DNA from: Lama guanicoe
Lineage: Eukaryota
Reading direction: 5' to 3'
Length of the DNA: 64,000 bases
NCBI GenBank assembly: GCA_013239625.1
Contig: MU053493.1
Location: forward strand, 1,001,793 to 1,065,792
Every line of letters starts with the position of its first letter. The first letter of the stretch is position 1. The notes below the pieces were generated by a model. It was not told the origin of the DNA and searched no databases. It saw nothing but the letters and a program-made list of their open reading frames with translations. This document shows, piece by piece, positions 39,091-51,635 of the stretch. Both the position numbers and the translations under genes were made by a program.

Positions 39091-39136
39091 CGTGCAGGAG
39101 CGACGCGACCAGCGCCAGACACACGGAGCCACGCAT
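39091..39136 (-). CDS. CHRNA7: CHRNA7 coding exon 1 (signal peptide MRGSVCLALVASLLH + first base of Val)
   Basis: ATG in CCCAACATGC context (A at -3); 46 nt followed by GTAAAG donor at 39090; phase-1 junction joins exon 2 in frame (G|TG = Val); resembles the alpha7 signal peptide. Confidence 0.96.
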
Positions 39137-39239
39137 GTTGGGTCCCGGGCTGCCGCGAGCAAGCGCGCTCTCTACTCCGCTACCGGCCCCGGCCTGCGCC
39201 TGCGGCCGCGGAGCCGCCTCTCCCGGCTCGGCTCGCGCG

Positions 39240-39285
39240 CCTTAAAAGAGCTGAGCGCGCGCCCCCGCCCGGCCCGCCCCCGCGC
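39240..39285 (-). promoter_or_regulatory. CHRNA7: CHRNA7 proximal promoter GC boxes (Egr-1/Sp1-type) and CTTTTAAGG element; no canonical TATA
   Basis: Minus strand GCGCGGGGGCGGGCCGGGCGGGGGCGCGCG holds two GCGGGGGCG Egr-1 consensus sites overlapping GGGCGG Sp1 boxes, ~125-150 bp upstream of the ATG. Confidence 0.75.
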
Positions 39286-40899
39286 TCCTAGCTCGGCGGC
39301 CGCCTGGGTAACTGCAGCCCGGGTAACTGCGGCCCGCGCGCGCCAGGGGACGTGCGCCCCGTCCCCGCCTCCGTCTCCACCGAGTGGTCCTTGCGTGCCG
39401 GAGGCTATCCACCGCCAGGCTCTGCTGGTCCTTTCTGTCCTTTGTTGCCACTCCGCTCTCCCGCTGGCAGACAGAAGCGGCGTTGGGCCGCTGGGAGAGC
39501 GCCGGGACCATTCTGGGTCCGGTTCTCTATGGCCATCTCTCCCCTACGCCCTGCGGCGGGGTAAAGCAGGCTTCCACAGGTTCGCTCCAAGGAGAGCAGA
39601 CAGACCTGAGGCAAGCCCCTCCTACCTCCCGCCAGAGGTGGATGTTCTTTGAGCAACCATTTGCTGGGCAAACACCAGCCTGATTCTCAGCTAGGTCCTG
39701 GAAGTGCCAAGAGAAGCCAAGTCGGCCAGGGAGGCATCTTACAGAGAGGAGGCGCTGCAAAAGTGTGTGACAGGACTCCCAGTGTGTATCCTCTTTATGA
39801 CTTGTTCTGTTTTAAGGAGATTCAAAAGGTTGAAAAGTTAACTCCCAACCCTTTCCCAAAAAGACAGTCTAAACACCAGACACCGGTCAACGGGGTCAGG
39901 AGCTTAGTCATGTCTGGGATGTTGAAGAGGGGGCGTGGTTCCGAAAGAGGACAGGGGAGAGGGTGCTGGGGAGGTCTTTCAAGAGTGGTGAGAAAGCTCT
40001 GCCCATTTGCTCACAGCGCGCATGATGCAGAAAGCTGAGTGCAGAGGGGTTCCCTGCGCCCACTAGAAGGGACTCTGCTGCTCACCCTTCTCAGGCCCCA
40101 GAGAATCTGAGCTACACCTGGAGCTGGGTCACTGTGGATCAGCAGAGGCAGTGCCCACGTTTCTGAGCCACTTAAGGCACGGGATTCTTGGATGGCACCA
40201 AAAACTAGGGAAAGGCTCACCAAAATGTGACAGCCCTTGAATTTACCCAGGCAGCAGGGATGGGCGACTAAACCAGTTGTTCAATTTGGAAAAACAAAGA
40301 AATATGCCAACCTTCCAATGAAGTGTCTTGTAGTAAATTCACACCCGTTAACTGATGCATGTGAAAACCAATAATCAGTACAGGTTCTGATGGCTTTCAT
40401 AAGACCCCAGAAGAAGGATGGATTCATTATTTCTGGGGAAGGATTTATAGAAGAGGTGACAGTTTACCTGGGCTTGCCTCAAAGGAGGTGTTCATCAGGA
40501 GACTGGGACACCAGGGCAGGGATTCCTGGTAAGCAGACAGGCGTGCTTTTAGCTTCATCTGGCTCCTGAGTTCCACGCCATCTGCGGCAGTCTGGATACA
40601 CACAGAGCTGGCATGTAGTGAAGGAATGAGCTACATGGTGTTGGCTGCTGGCAAAAAGGGAAATAAAAATAAAACCCAACAACAAAATAGAAGAGACATA
40701 AGAAGCATCAGTTACAAGATTCTCACTGACACACCACCTCCACTGATCATGTAAATACAGCACTCACACTTCTACACATGTCCTGAAAAATGCCTAAAAG
40801 CCCTACCTTCCATCCTAGACAGATATGAGCCCTGAGGGGACAAGGGATTTTTGTATATGTGGAGTGTGGTCATAAGGATCACGTTCCTGAAAGCATAAA

Positions 40900-41586
40900 T
40901 GTTACCCTACTCAGGTTTGGTGCTCATTGCGCAAGAATCCAATACTGAGAAACAAGTGTTGGGTAAAGGATATTTAGCTTTATTGAGGAAGCCAGCAATT
41001 CCTAAGGAGAAGGTGGACTCATGTCCCAAAGAACCAACTCCCCCTTGCTGATCAGAGGCAAGAGCTATTAAAGAGGAGTTTCAGGGGTATATAGGAGGAA
41101 AGATGAAACAGCACAATCAACTCTGACAATCGTCTTGAAATTGGTCATGCGATGGTCTGATCAGCATCATCTTGATTGTTTTAGATACAGTTAATCTTTA
41201 ACTCCAGGGTCAGTTTGTTCCCATTTCCTTGAGGCCATTTCTCTGAATTGTGTAAGATAGAGCAGCTTATGTCATGGCTACAGTCTGGTCATCATGTAGT
41301 TAACTTCCTTCACCTGGTGGGGGTTTTAGTATCTCCAAAACAGCTCAAAGGATATGGCTCAGAATATTACCTATAGCCTTTGAAGAGGAACTATAGGTCC
41401 TTGTCTTTGTTTAATGGCTAAACTATTATTATTTTGTTTTGCTTAACTGACTCCCTTTGCTTTTGCATTTCCTCATTTATCTGATTAAATTTATTCTTTG
41501 GCTACAGTTTTTGTACAGACAAGAGGCAGGTGGAGAACATGGCGGGGTTTGTCCTGGGAAGACCCCAGGGGTCCTGCTCCATTATA
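40900..41586 (-). mobile_element. Solo ERV1-class LTR
   Basis: Begins TGTTACC, has tttatt (reverse AATAAA) at ~40979, ends gggtcctgctccattata; its end resembles the reverse complement of the 3' end of the LTR at 56703-57220. Confidence 0.75.
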
Positions 41587-41639
41587 TAACTACTTCCTTG
41601 CCTCCCTTGTACCCCCTAATATCAGAAATTTCAAAGTAA

Positions 41640-42878
41640 GCCAAAGTAATTGAAGGAAGTTAGACGTGCTGCTCCAGTAAACACACGAATGATAAGAAAG
41701 TGAAACAGCCTTCTCACTAGTATGAAGAAGTCTTAGTGGTCTGAATAAAAGATGAAACCAGCCACAGCATTCCCTTCAGCCAAAGCCTCATCCAGTGCAA
41801 GGCCCTAGCTCTCTTCAATTCTACGAAGGCTGAGAGAGGTGAGGAAGCTGCAGGAGAAAATTTGAAGCTAGCAGAGATTGGTTCTGAGGTTTAAGAAAAG
41901 AAGCTGTCTCCATAATATAAAAGTACAAGATGAATCAGAACGTGCTAATCTAGAAGCTACAGCAGTTTCTCCAAAAGGTCTAGCTCAGATAATGACTACA
42001 AGTGGCTTCTCTGAACATCAGATTTTCAATGCAGACAAAACAACCTTCTATTGGAAGAGGCCATCAGAGAAGTCAATGCCTGGCTTCCAAGCTTCAAGGG
42101 ACAGGCTGACTCTTTTGTTAGCAGCTAATGCAGCTGGTGACTTCAAGTTGGAGCCAACACTCACTTACCATTCTGCAAATCCTAGGGCCATTAAGAATTA
42201 TGCTAAGCCTACTCTGCTCATTTTCTCTAAGTGAAACAACAAAGCCTGGATGACAGCACATCTGTTTATAGCATGATTGACTAAATATTTCAAGCCCACT
42301 GTTGAGTCTTACTGCTCAGAAGAAAAAAAAAGTCTCCTTCCAAAATATTACTTCTCATTGACAATGTACCTGGTCACCCAGGAGCTCTGCTGGAGATGTA
42401 CAATGAGATGAATGCTGTTCTCAGTCCTGCTAACAGAACATCCACTCTACAGCCCATGGATCCAGGAGTCATTTCAACTTTCAGGTCTTATTCTTTAAGA
42501 AATACCTTTCATAATGCTATATCTGCCAGCAATAGTGATTCCTCTGATGGATCTGGGCAAAGTAAATTGAAAATCTTCTGGAAAAGATTCACCATTCTAG
42601 CTGCCATTAAGAACATTCATGATTCATGAGAAGAGGTCAAAATATCAACATTAAAAGGAGTTTGACAGAAGCTCATGAATAAGGATTTCAACTTCAGTGG
42701 AGAAAGTCACTGCAGATGTAGTGGAAATAGCAAGAGAACTAAAATTATAAGAAGTGGAGCCTGAAGGTGTGACTGAATTGCTGCAATCTTATCATAAAAC
42801 TTTAATGGATAAGGAGTTGCTTCTTATTTATGAGTAAGCATAGAAAGTGGTTTCTTGAGATGGGATCTATTCCTTAGT
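41640..42878 (+). mobile_element. Tigger1 (pogo-like) DNA transposon, internal transposase fragment, pseudogenised
   Basis: ORFs 41878-42234 and 42396-42629 match Tigger1 transposase ([50 protein letters not shown] at ~42342); stops, frameshifts, no TIRs. Confidence 0.92.
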
Positions 42879-42884
42879 GACTAA

Positions 42885-43285
42885 TATCAGCTGCAGTAAT
42901 AACCCACAAATCCCATTGTCTTAACGCTATCAAAGTTCATCTCTTCCTCATACCATAATCAAAATGTTCAAGTGACTTTCCTTGGTGGCTACCCTCCCCA
43001 GGTCCTTCAAGGATACAAGATCTTTTCATCAACCAGATTGACTGTCTTCTGAGGGTTGGGAGTGGCCCAACCAAAGGTCTTTTCTGGAGCCTCTGCACTC
43101 ACACAGCCTGAAAGCAAGTAGGAGTGAACCTGCTGAGCCAAGCCTGGAAGTGGCTTGAATCAATTCTGCCCACATTCTTTTGGCCAAAACCCAGTCATTG
43201 GGTCCTAACCTCAAGCAAGGGAAGCTGGAAAACAGTCTTCCTCCCTGGGTCTGGGAAGATAATATAGAAACAAATAGTATCAGTA
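42885..43285 (-). mobile_element. Old MaLR LTR remnant (MLT1J-like)
   Basis: ttctgcccacattcttttggccaaaacccagtcattgggtcctaacctcaagcaagggaagctggaaaa. Confidence 0.55.
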
Positions 43286-43871
43286 ACATGGTGTACTGGG
43301 CATTAAAGTGGGAATTAACCCTCAGGAGAAAGAACAAAACACAGAGGGAAAGAAACAGACAGAAAGTAAAACATGAGCTTCTAGGGGAAAAAAAACAACC
43401 TATAGCAATCAGAATGGAAAACTTAGCAAATGTGCTAGAGAGAAGATAAGATAATGATGAGGAGAAAATTGGTACTGTGGTTGAAAGAGCTGAAAAAGTT
43501 ACCCAGAAAACAGCACAGATAAGAAAAGGGAAGGGTAAAGAAGAAGCGAATGAGAATTAATCTCATAGGAGTTCTAGGAAATATCAGCAAAGAAAATGAA
43601 TGAGAATTTATTTAAAGAAAAAGTGACTAAGATTTTTTCAGCACTCAAAATATGTAAATCTCAAATTGAGAAAATACAATAAGCATCATTAATGTTTAAA
43701 TTTTCTTCTTGTCTAATAGAAAAACAGACCAAAGTACTAAGGGTAGTATGATGCTAAGAGAAGAAAAAAAATTATGGAAGTGCAACTTATAGAATTAGAT
43801 GCAAAAATCACACTACAATTAGCAAAACAAATTTTTTAAAACATAAAAATTTGTAATTATCGAGTAGATAA

Positions 43872-44277
43872 TTATCATCAACTCAGGCTGCCACGACAAA
43901 ATACCCCAGAGTGGGTGGCTTAAAACTCAGAAATTAATTTTCTGACAGTTTTAGAAGCTGGACATACAAAATCAAGGTGCCATTATGTTTCTGGTGAGGC
44001 CTCTCTTCCTGGCTAATAAAAAGCCACCTTCTCACTATATTCTCACGTGGCCTTTTTTTTTTTTTCATGCACACACGAGGGTACAGAGAGAAAGAGCTCT
44101 GATATCTTTTCCCCTTCTTACAAGGACACTAAGTTCTATTGGATTAGTCCCCACACTGTGACCTCATTTAACCTTAACTACTTTCTAAAAGGCTCTGTCT
44201 CCAAATACAGTCACACCAGGAGAGGTTACGGCTTCAACATATAAATTGGAGAGAGGGGCACAATTCAGGTCTCAACA
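43872..44277 (-). mobile_element. MaLR LTR (MLT1A-like)
   Basis: caggctgccacgacaaaataccccagagtgggtggcttaaa ... ggggcacaattcagg. Confidence 0.8.
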
Positions 44278-44529
44278 AGAATTTATCCCACGAAGGCAAA
44301 ATACTTATCACCACATTAAAAGGCTGACAAAAAGTATCATCATGTCAATAAAATATATTGACATAATACAATTCAACATGTTGAAAAAAACCCAATGCCC
44401 ACTCAGGATTAAAAACAATCAAATCAACCTAGGTTTGAAGGAATCATTCTTAAGCTTATCAAGTGTAACTTCTAAAAGCCTACAGCAAATGTCTTGCTTT
44501 TGTTTTTATGTTTGAATAAACTTTAAAAA

Positions 44530-44670
44530 GTTTTTTTTATTTCTTTAATGATTTTATTTGTTTAGGAGGGAGGTAATTAGGTTTATTTTTTAATGATGGT
44601 ACTGGGGGTTGAACCCAGGACCTCATGCATGCTATGCATGCACTTTACCAGTTGAGCTGTACCATCCCCC
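44530..44670 (-). mobile_element. tRNA-derived SINE
   Basis: ggtaattagg...ggtactgggggttgaacccaggacctcatgcatgct. Confidence 0.87.
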
Positions 44671-44684
44671 TGAAAAAATCTTTT

Positions 44685-47600
44685 AAATTTGTAATAGTTT
44701 TAGTGTTACAGAAAAAAAAAGTTGTGGAAATAGTACAGAGAACTCTTACATACTCAATACCCAGTAGCCACTATTGTTAACATGTAACACCAGTACGGTA
44801 GGTTTTTCCAAATAAAGAAAGAATATGAATACACTATTATTAACTAAAGACCACAGTCTATTCAGATTTTCTTAGTTTTTACCCACTGTCTTTCTGTATC
44901 AGGGTCCCCCCCAGGACGCCACATTGCATTAGATATCATGTCTCCTTGGGTTCCTCTTGGCTGTGACAGCTTCTCCGTGTTGCCTGTGTTTTGATAACCT
45001 TGATGGCTTTGTATTTTGCAGAATGTCCTTCAATTTGGGGTTCTCTGATGTTGACTCATACATAGACTGAGGTTGTGGGTTTGGGGGAAGAAGACCACAA
45101 AGATGGAGCAGCATTCTCATTACATCATACTAAGTGTCATACTGTCAACATGACTTACCCTGCTGATATTGACTTGACCACCTGGGCAGATGCAGTGTTT
45201 GTCAGATTTCTCCTTTGAGAAGTTACTGTTTTTCACTTCCCTCTCTGTATTGTGCTTTTTGTAAGGATGTCTATATGTGCAGCCCACATTTAAGGAGTGG
45301 GACTCATGCTCCGCCTACTTAAAATATTTACTTATGTTTTAAATACTCCTTAAAGTATTTACATAAATTATCTTAAATTATTCTGCTTGGGACAGTCATC
45401 TCCCCTTCCACACTTATTTATGTACTCAATCACTTGTTTCTGTCAGTGTAGACATGTGGCTATTTCCTGTCTACTTTGGGTGATAGTCCAGTACGACTAT
45501 TTGGTTGCTCAAATTTTTCCAGCTTTGAGAGCTCTTTTATTTGGCTCCGCTGTTGCTTTGATATCCTCCCTGTGGGTTTTCTTTGAGCACTTGCATTCTT
45601 TTTAGCTCTACAAGGTTCTCCAGACTTGTCTTGCAGTTTTTCTGGCCACAGTCCTGGAATCAGCCATTTCTCCAGGGATCACTAGTTCCTTTTGTTTGAA
45701 AATGGTATTAGAAATGAAGATCTGAGTACTAGGTATGCCTGTTGCTACTCGGTGAGTTTGCTTCTAGGACCTAGGGAGCTGTCCGAGGAAGGAGATATAT
45801 GTTTATCTAACCCATGTATACACACAAACCCATCTAAATCCGTATTAAGCCAGACATAAGTTGACACTGACGGCTCCCACTTCTAATACCACCTGGATGA
45901 TCCTAACTTTCTTCCCCTTGCTTGTGGGTAACCTCCAGCTCCTACAGTGAGAAACCTGTCTCATACCACTACATCTATATATTGGTTGAATTTCAGTCTA
46001 CATCTATCAAAGTTCCAGAATACTTAACCCATACTCCTGGGAGGGTGTGTATGTGCTTTACCAACTGGAGTACAGGAATTATGGAGTCCTCTTTGCTTTT
46101 AGTCTTAAAGTCCCATGCATTTCCAAAATTAATCAGGTCAGGATATTTTACCCCAATCTCATCATTGAAGATATTTTAGATATTTTTGATACTATTTAAT
46201 ATATTTGACACAGTCAACATTCCACCATGGGATTCCCCTGAACCCTTAAATAATTTTTTGCATCAATTGAGGTTCATTCTTTCTGCTATAAAAATTCTAT
46301 GGATGTTGAAAAGTGCATAATGTCATATCTCTACCATGAAAGTATTATACAGAATAGTTTCTCTGTCCTATAAACTCCCCCATGCTTCACCTATTTATCT
46401 CTCTGGCAACAACTGGTACATTTACCATCTTTATAGTTTTGCCTTTTCCACCATGTTGTATAAAGGGAATCATACAGTATGTAGCCTTTTAAGACTGGCT
46501 TCTTTCCTGTAATACTCATTTAAGATTCAACCATGTTTTCGCATGGCTTGATAGCTTATTTCTTTCTATTGCTGAATACTACTCCAATGCATATATGTAA
46601 CATAGTTTGTTTACCCATTATCTGTTGAAAGATATCTTGATTGCTTCCAGTTTTAGGTAGTTATTAATAAAGCTGTAATTAACACTGAAGTTTTATAAGT
46701 TTTCAAATGAATGTATGTATTATGTATGAAGTGCATAAGGTTTCAAATCATTGGAATGTGATTGAGTATCATATAATCAGACTATTTTGAGTGTATAAGT
46801 TTCCTTCGGTTGCTATAACAAAGATCCACAAACAGGGTTGCTTAAACAGCAAACATGTACAGTCTCACAATTCTGGAGGCTAGATGTCTGATTATCAAGG
46901 TGTTGGCAAGGGTTGCTTCCTTCGGAGGGCTGTGAGGGAGATTCTATTCTGTATGTCTCTCCTATCTTCTGGTGGTTTGCTGGCCATCTTTGGCATTCCT
47001 GGTTTGTAGATGCAACACCCCATCTCTGCTTTCACCTTTGCCTGGTGGTGTCTCTCTGTGTATATGTCTCCAAATTTCCTTTTCATAAGGATACTGGTCA
47101 TGTTGGATAAGGGGCCCATCCTATTCCAGTATAACTACTGTTGGAGTATTGTAACTCCAGTATACAACTCCAGAGTAACTACACATCTGCAATGACTGTA
47201 TCTCCAAATTATGTCATAATCTAAGGTTCTGGGGCTTTAGGACTTCAACATGAGATTAGGGGGTGTGTCACAATTCAATCCATACATTTAGCTTTTTTAA
47301 GAAATTACCAGATTATCTCCCAAAGTGTCTAGACCACTTTGCCTTCTTATCAGAAATTGGAAGACTCCCTTGTTGCATTGTATCTCTGCCAGCAATTGAC
47401 ATTAGTTTTTTATAATTTTGCCATTCTAAGGGGTGACATGGTTGTTTTAATTTATCTTTCTCTAATGACAGGTGATGTTAGACCTCTTTTCATTTGTCTG
47501 TTTTCCATCTATATTTCTTCTTTGGCAAGGTATCTATTCAGATCTTTTGCCCATTTTAAAATTCAGGTTTTTTTGTTTTCTTATTGTTGAGTTTTAAACA

Positions 47601-48530
47601 GTCTTTTTATATTTTGGACAGATGTCCTTTATCAGACATGTGATTTGTAAATGTTTTCTTTCCTATTGGTGAATTGTCTTTTCATTCTCTTAATAATTTT
47701 CATTGCACAGCAAAGTTTTTCATTTTAATAAAATCCACATTATCATTTTTTTCATGGGTTGTGCTTTTGTACTTTATCTAAAAGGGGCCATACCCAAGGT
47801 GACATGGCTTTCCCCACATAGTTTTATAGTTTTCTCCTATAGCTTGCTGGGATTTTAATTAGGATTATGTTGAATCTATAGATTCAATTGGAAAGAACTG
47901 GCAACTTGACAATATTGATTCTTCCAATTCATGAACATAGAGTATTTCTCCATTTATTTAAACCTTCTTTGATTTCTTTTCTCTCATTGTTTTGTAGCTT
48001 TCTGCATAAGATATCTTGCATATATTTTGTTGCTTGGACACCAAAGCACATCATTTCTTCTGGTGCTATTGCAAATGGAATTGCTTTTTGAATTTTAAAT
48101 TCCAGTAGCTGGTGTATAGGAGAGCCATTTGTTTTGGTTTGTAGACTACATCCTGCACTCCTGCTGTACTCATTTTATTAGTTAACAAGTTTTGTGGGGG
48201 TGTTCTTGTGTGTATAGATTCTTTGGTGTTTTCTGTTTACCCTTTCCAATCTGTATACCATTTTGTCTTTTTCTTGTATTCTAGGATGATAATGAATACA
48301 AATGGTGAGAGAGGACATCATTGCCTTCTTCCTCATCTTACAGGGAAAGAGTTTAGTCCTCACCAATAAATATGACATTAATTGTAGGTTTTTCATCTGT
48401 TCACTTGATTTGAGAAAAGCCATTCTCTTCTATTCTCAGTTGTTTTTTCTTTAAGAGCTGATACTATTAATAGGTATCTAATTTCATGGAACTTTTTCTG
48501 CAACTGTTGATATTTTTTAATTTCTCTATT
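44685..48530 (-). mobile_element. Old L1 (L1MC-like 3'UTR and ORF2 fragments), interrupted by an MLT1
   Basis: Reverse-complement homology to the L1MC 3'UTR at ~8000-9500 (cctcttggctgtgacag; ttccatctatatttcttctttggcaaggtatctattcagatcttttgcccatttt). Confidence 0.75.
46792..47286 (-). mobile_element. MaLR LTR (MLT1C-like)
   Basis: tgtataagtttcc...tctcacaattctggaggctag...cacaattcaatccataca. Confidence 0.82.
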
Positions 48531-48807
48531 ACCTTTTAAATTATACTGTTTTGCATTAATTAAGTGTTTCTGCTAGGAATTGCAATATGTTCCATTAACT
48601 TACAAGTGTCTGCTATGGTTACTATTGTACTACTCCCATAAAATATAAGATCTTGTAACAGTGGAATTTAATTTACCTCTCCTATCCTTTGTACAACCAT
48701 TATCATATATTTTACAACTACATGGGTAATAAACCCCACATGCTAATGTTGCTAGTTTTATATTGAAAGAGAGTTGAATTTTTTAATAAGATTAGTATCC
48801 ATAAAAG

Positions 48808-48877
48808 TACTGAATCACTATGCTGTACACCTGAAACTAATATAATATTGTAAATCAATTATACTTACATTTTAAAA
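48808..48877 (+). mobile_element. Very short L1 3' end
   Basis: ctgaatcactatgctgtacacctgaaactaa; flanking repeat aataagattag (48785-48795 / 48878-48888). Confidence 0.75.
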
Positions 48878-50749
48878 AATAAGATTAGGAAAAAGGTCAT
48901 CTTTTTACAATTAATATTAACTATTTGTTGCACTCCTCATAGTTTTGAATCCAAGTTTCCATCTCATACCCCTGCACCTTGTAGAACTTCCTTTGGGTAG
49001 TTCTTTTGAAACAGGTCTGCTAGCAGTAAATGTGCTCATATATGTTAGATTGCTTCCCACCATTCTACATATCACTGGGAGCTCTGTTTATATTGTTTCC
49101 AATCTGTTTTCTCTCTGTTCTTCAGGTTGAATTGTTTCTACTCAACTGTCCTTAAATCCCATAATCGTTTCCTCTGAAGACTCCAATCTAGTGTTAAGCC
49201 TATGCGGTGATATTTACATGTACTTTTACTGCTAGATTTTATGTTTGTTTATTTTTTGTGGTTTTAATTTCACTCTCGATGTTCCCAGTCTGATCACTCC
49301 TTATGAAAATATTTTTATTTATTTTTTAAAAACCTCAGAAAAGTTGCTTTAATGTCTGTCTATTAATTCCAACATCTGGGTCACCTTGGATTCTTTTTCT
49401 ATTGACTATCTTCTTTTTTTTAAACCATGGACCTCATTCTTTTTCCTGCTTCTTCTTGTGTCTAGTCATTTTTTAATGTATGCTGAACACTGTAGATGGT
49501 ACATGGTAGGAAGTGCTTTAAAGAGTATACAGTTGTGTTCCAGTTATTAATAAGTACTGTTCCAGTCCTGGCCAGGTTGGCTTTATACTTTGCTCTGGTG
49601 TACCTCACTCAGCACAGAACAATATCTGACATCTCTACTCAGGTGTTATCCCCTTAACTGGCAGTCTCTCTTCTGTTTCATGAATATTTCCTGTACATGT
49701 GCAGCCCAGTTCTTGGCCAAAGGCTCATGGTTGACTCATAAATTTCAGGACCACCACCCTCTGCATTATGTCCTCTCCTTGGGTATGCTAACACAAATTA
49801 CAGCCACTATTTTCAGCCTAGAAATCCCATCTTTGCCTCTTCAGCTCAGCAACACCACTTTGCTCTGCTCAACTTCCATCTCTCTACCTAAGGTCCCCAA
49901 ATATCTTTTTTTGTGAAGTGATTTTTCAGAGCACAGGGGAGTGTGGACTCCCTTTTTTCTCTTTGTTGTAGGATCACAGTCCTATACTGCCTGCCATCCA
50001 ACATCTGAAAGCAGTTGGATATATTTTACCCAGCTCCACAGTTGTCTATGATAGCAGGTACTACTTCATGACGTGAAGCAGAGAGCTTCCCTACCATAGC
50101 ATTAAAAGTAAACATTTAATATTCCATAGTTTTAGGGTAAGCATTATATTTGCCTCCTTTCAACACCAAACAAGGAGCTTACAGCACCTTAAATGTGATT
50201 GCACCCTTTGAGTGTTGTATGTTATTATCATCGGAAGTTGTGTTTCTTTCTTGCCGTTTGACCCCTACATGTAAGCATCATTATTATTGTTTAGATATTA
50301 TTTTCTTTGTTATTGTTTTAGTCAGTAAATGGTTGTTTATGTTTCTCCCTCATTTACTCTTTGTTTTAAACCTGATGTTTCTTTTTGCATGCCAGGCTCT
50401 CCTCTAGGATTATTTCACTTTCTTAGAAACCATCCTGTGATATTCCCACACTTAAGATCTGATAATTTAAAAATCATTTGGCTTTTAGTTTCTAAATGTA
50501 CTTCATTTTGGCTCCATTTTTAAGATAAGTTTTTTTGAGGGAAAACATCATAAAGAAAAGCCACAAGTCTTAAAAGTACAGCTCAATGAATACACAGAAT
50601 TAAAATGCTTTGAAATTAGATCAAGATACAGAATATTAGCTGCAACTAGAAAGATCCTCTCCAGAGCCTAGCCCTTCCCCACCAAAGTAATGATTAATAT
50701 GACTTTAAGAAAATATTGAATTTATTCATCCTGCAGAAACCACAAGCCC

Positions 50750-50876
50750 TTTTTTTGTTGTTGTTATTGGGGCGTGGTAATTAGGGTTATCTATTTTTTT
50801 AATGGAGGGACTGGGGATTGAACCCAGGACCTCGTGGATGCTAGGCACACACTCTACCACTGAGCTATACCCTCCC
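50750..50876 (-). mobile_element. tRNA-derived SINE
   Basis: ggactggggattgaacccaggacctcgtggatgctagg...ctgagctataccctccc. Confidence 0.88.
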
Positions 50877-51195
50877 ACACAACCTGATTTCTAATACTAG
50901 AGATTAGATTTGAATGTTTTTTGTTCTCATTTGAATGGAAATCTTGCAGGATATATTCTTTTGGGTCTGGCTCTTTCACTTGACAGTATGTTTGAGATCC
51001 ACCAATGTCATTGAATGTAGTTCTAGTTTGTTCATCCTAATTGTCATATAGTGTCTGATTGTAGCTATATACCATGGTATCTGCTATTGATGAAAACTCT
51101 GTTGTTTCCATTGTGAAGCTATTATGAATAATACTGCCATGAATATTCTTGAGCATGTCTTTTGGGGAAAATGTGTGCACAATTCCATTGGATGT

Positions 51196-51635
51196 TGTGA
51201 TAGTTCATTTTATGTGTCAACTATACCAGGCCACAGACACTGAGGGTTTTGATATATATCAAACATCATTCTGGGTATTTCTATGGGGGTGTCTTCTGAT
51301 GGTATTAACATCCTACCTGACTGCCTTCAAACTGGGACATTGGCTATTGGCTTTTTCCTGCCTTTGGATTGGAACTTGCCATGGGGTCTCCTGGTTCTCA
51401 GGCCTTTGGACCACAGCTAACCCATTGGCTGTCCTGGGTCTCCAGTTTGCTAGATCACTCTGCAGATCTTGGAACCTGCTGGTCCATAATCATGTGAGCC
51501 AATTCCTTAGATGGACAGACATACCTGATACATATACAGGCTCACATGATATAGATATAGATATAGATATAGATATAGACATATGCATAGATACAGATGT
51601 AGATATCTCCTACTGATTCTGAGTCTCTGGTAAGC
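51196..51635 (+). mobile_element. ERVL LTR (MLT2D-like) with (ATATAG)n
   Basis: tgtgatagttcattttatgtgtcaact start; cataatcatgtgagccaattcctt; tcctactgattctgagtctctgg end. Confidence 0.8.
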
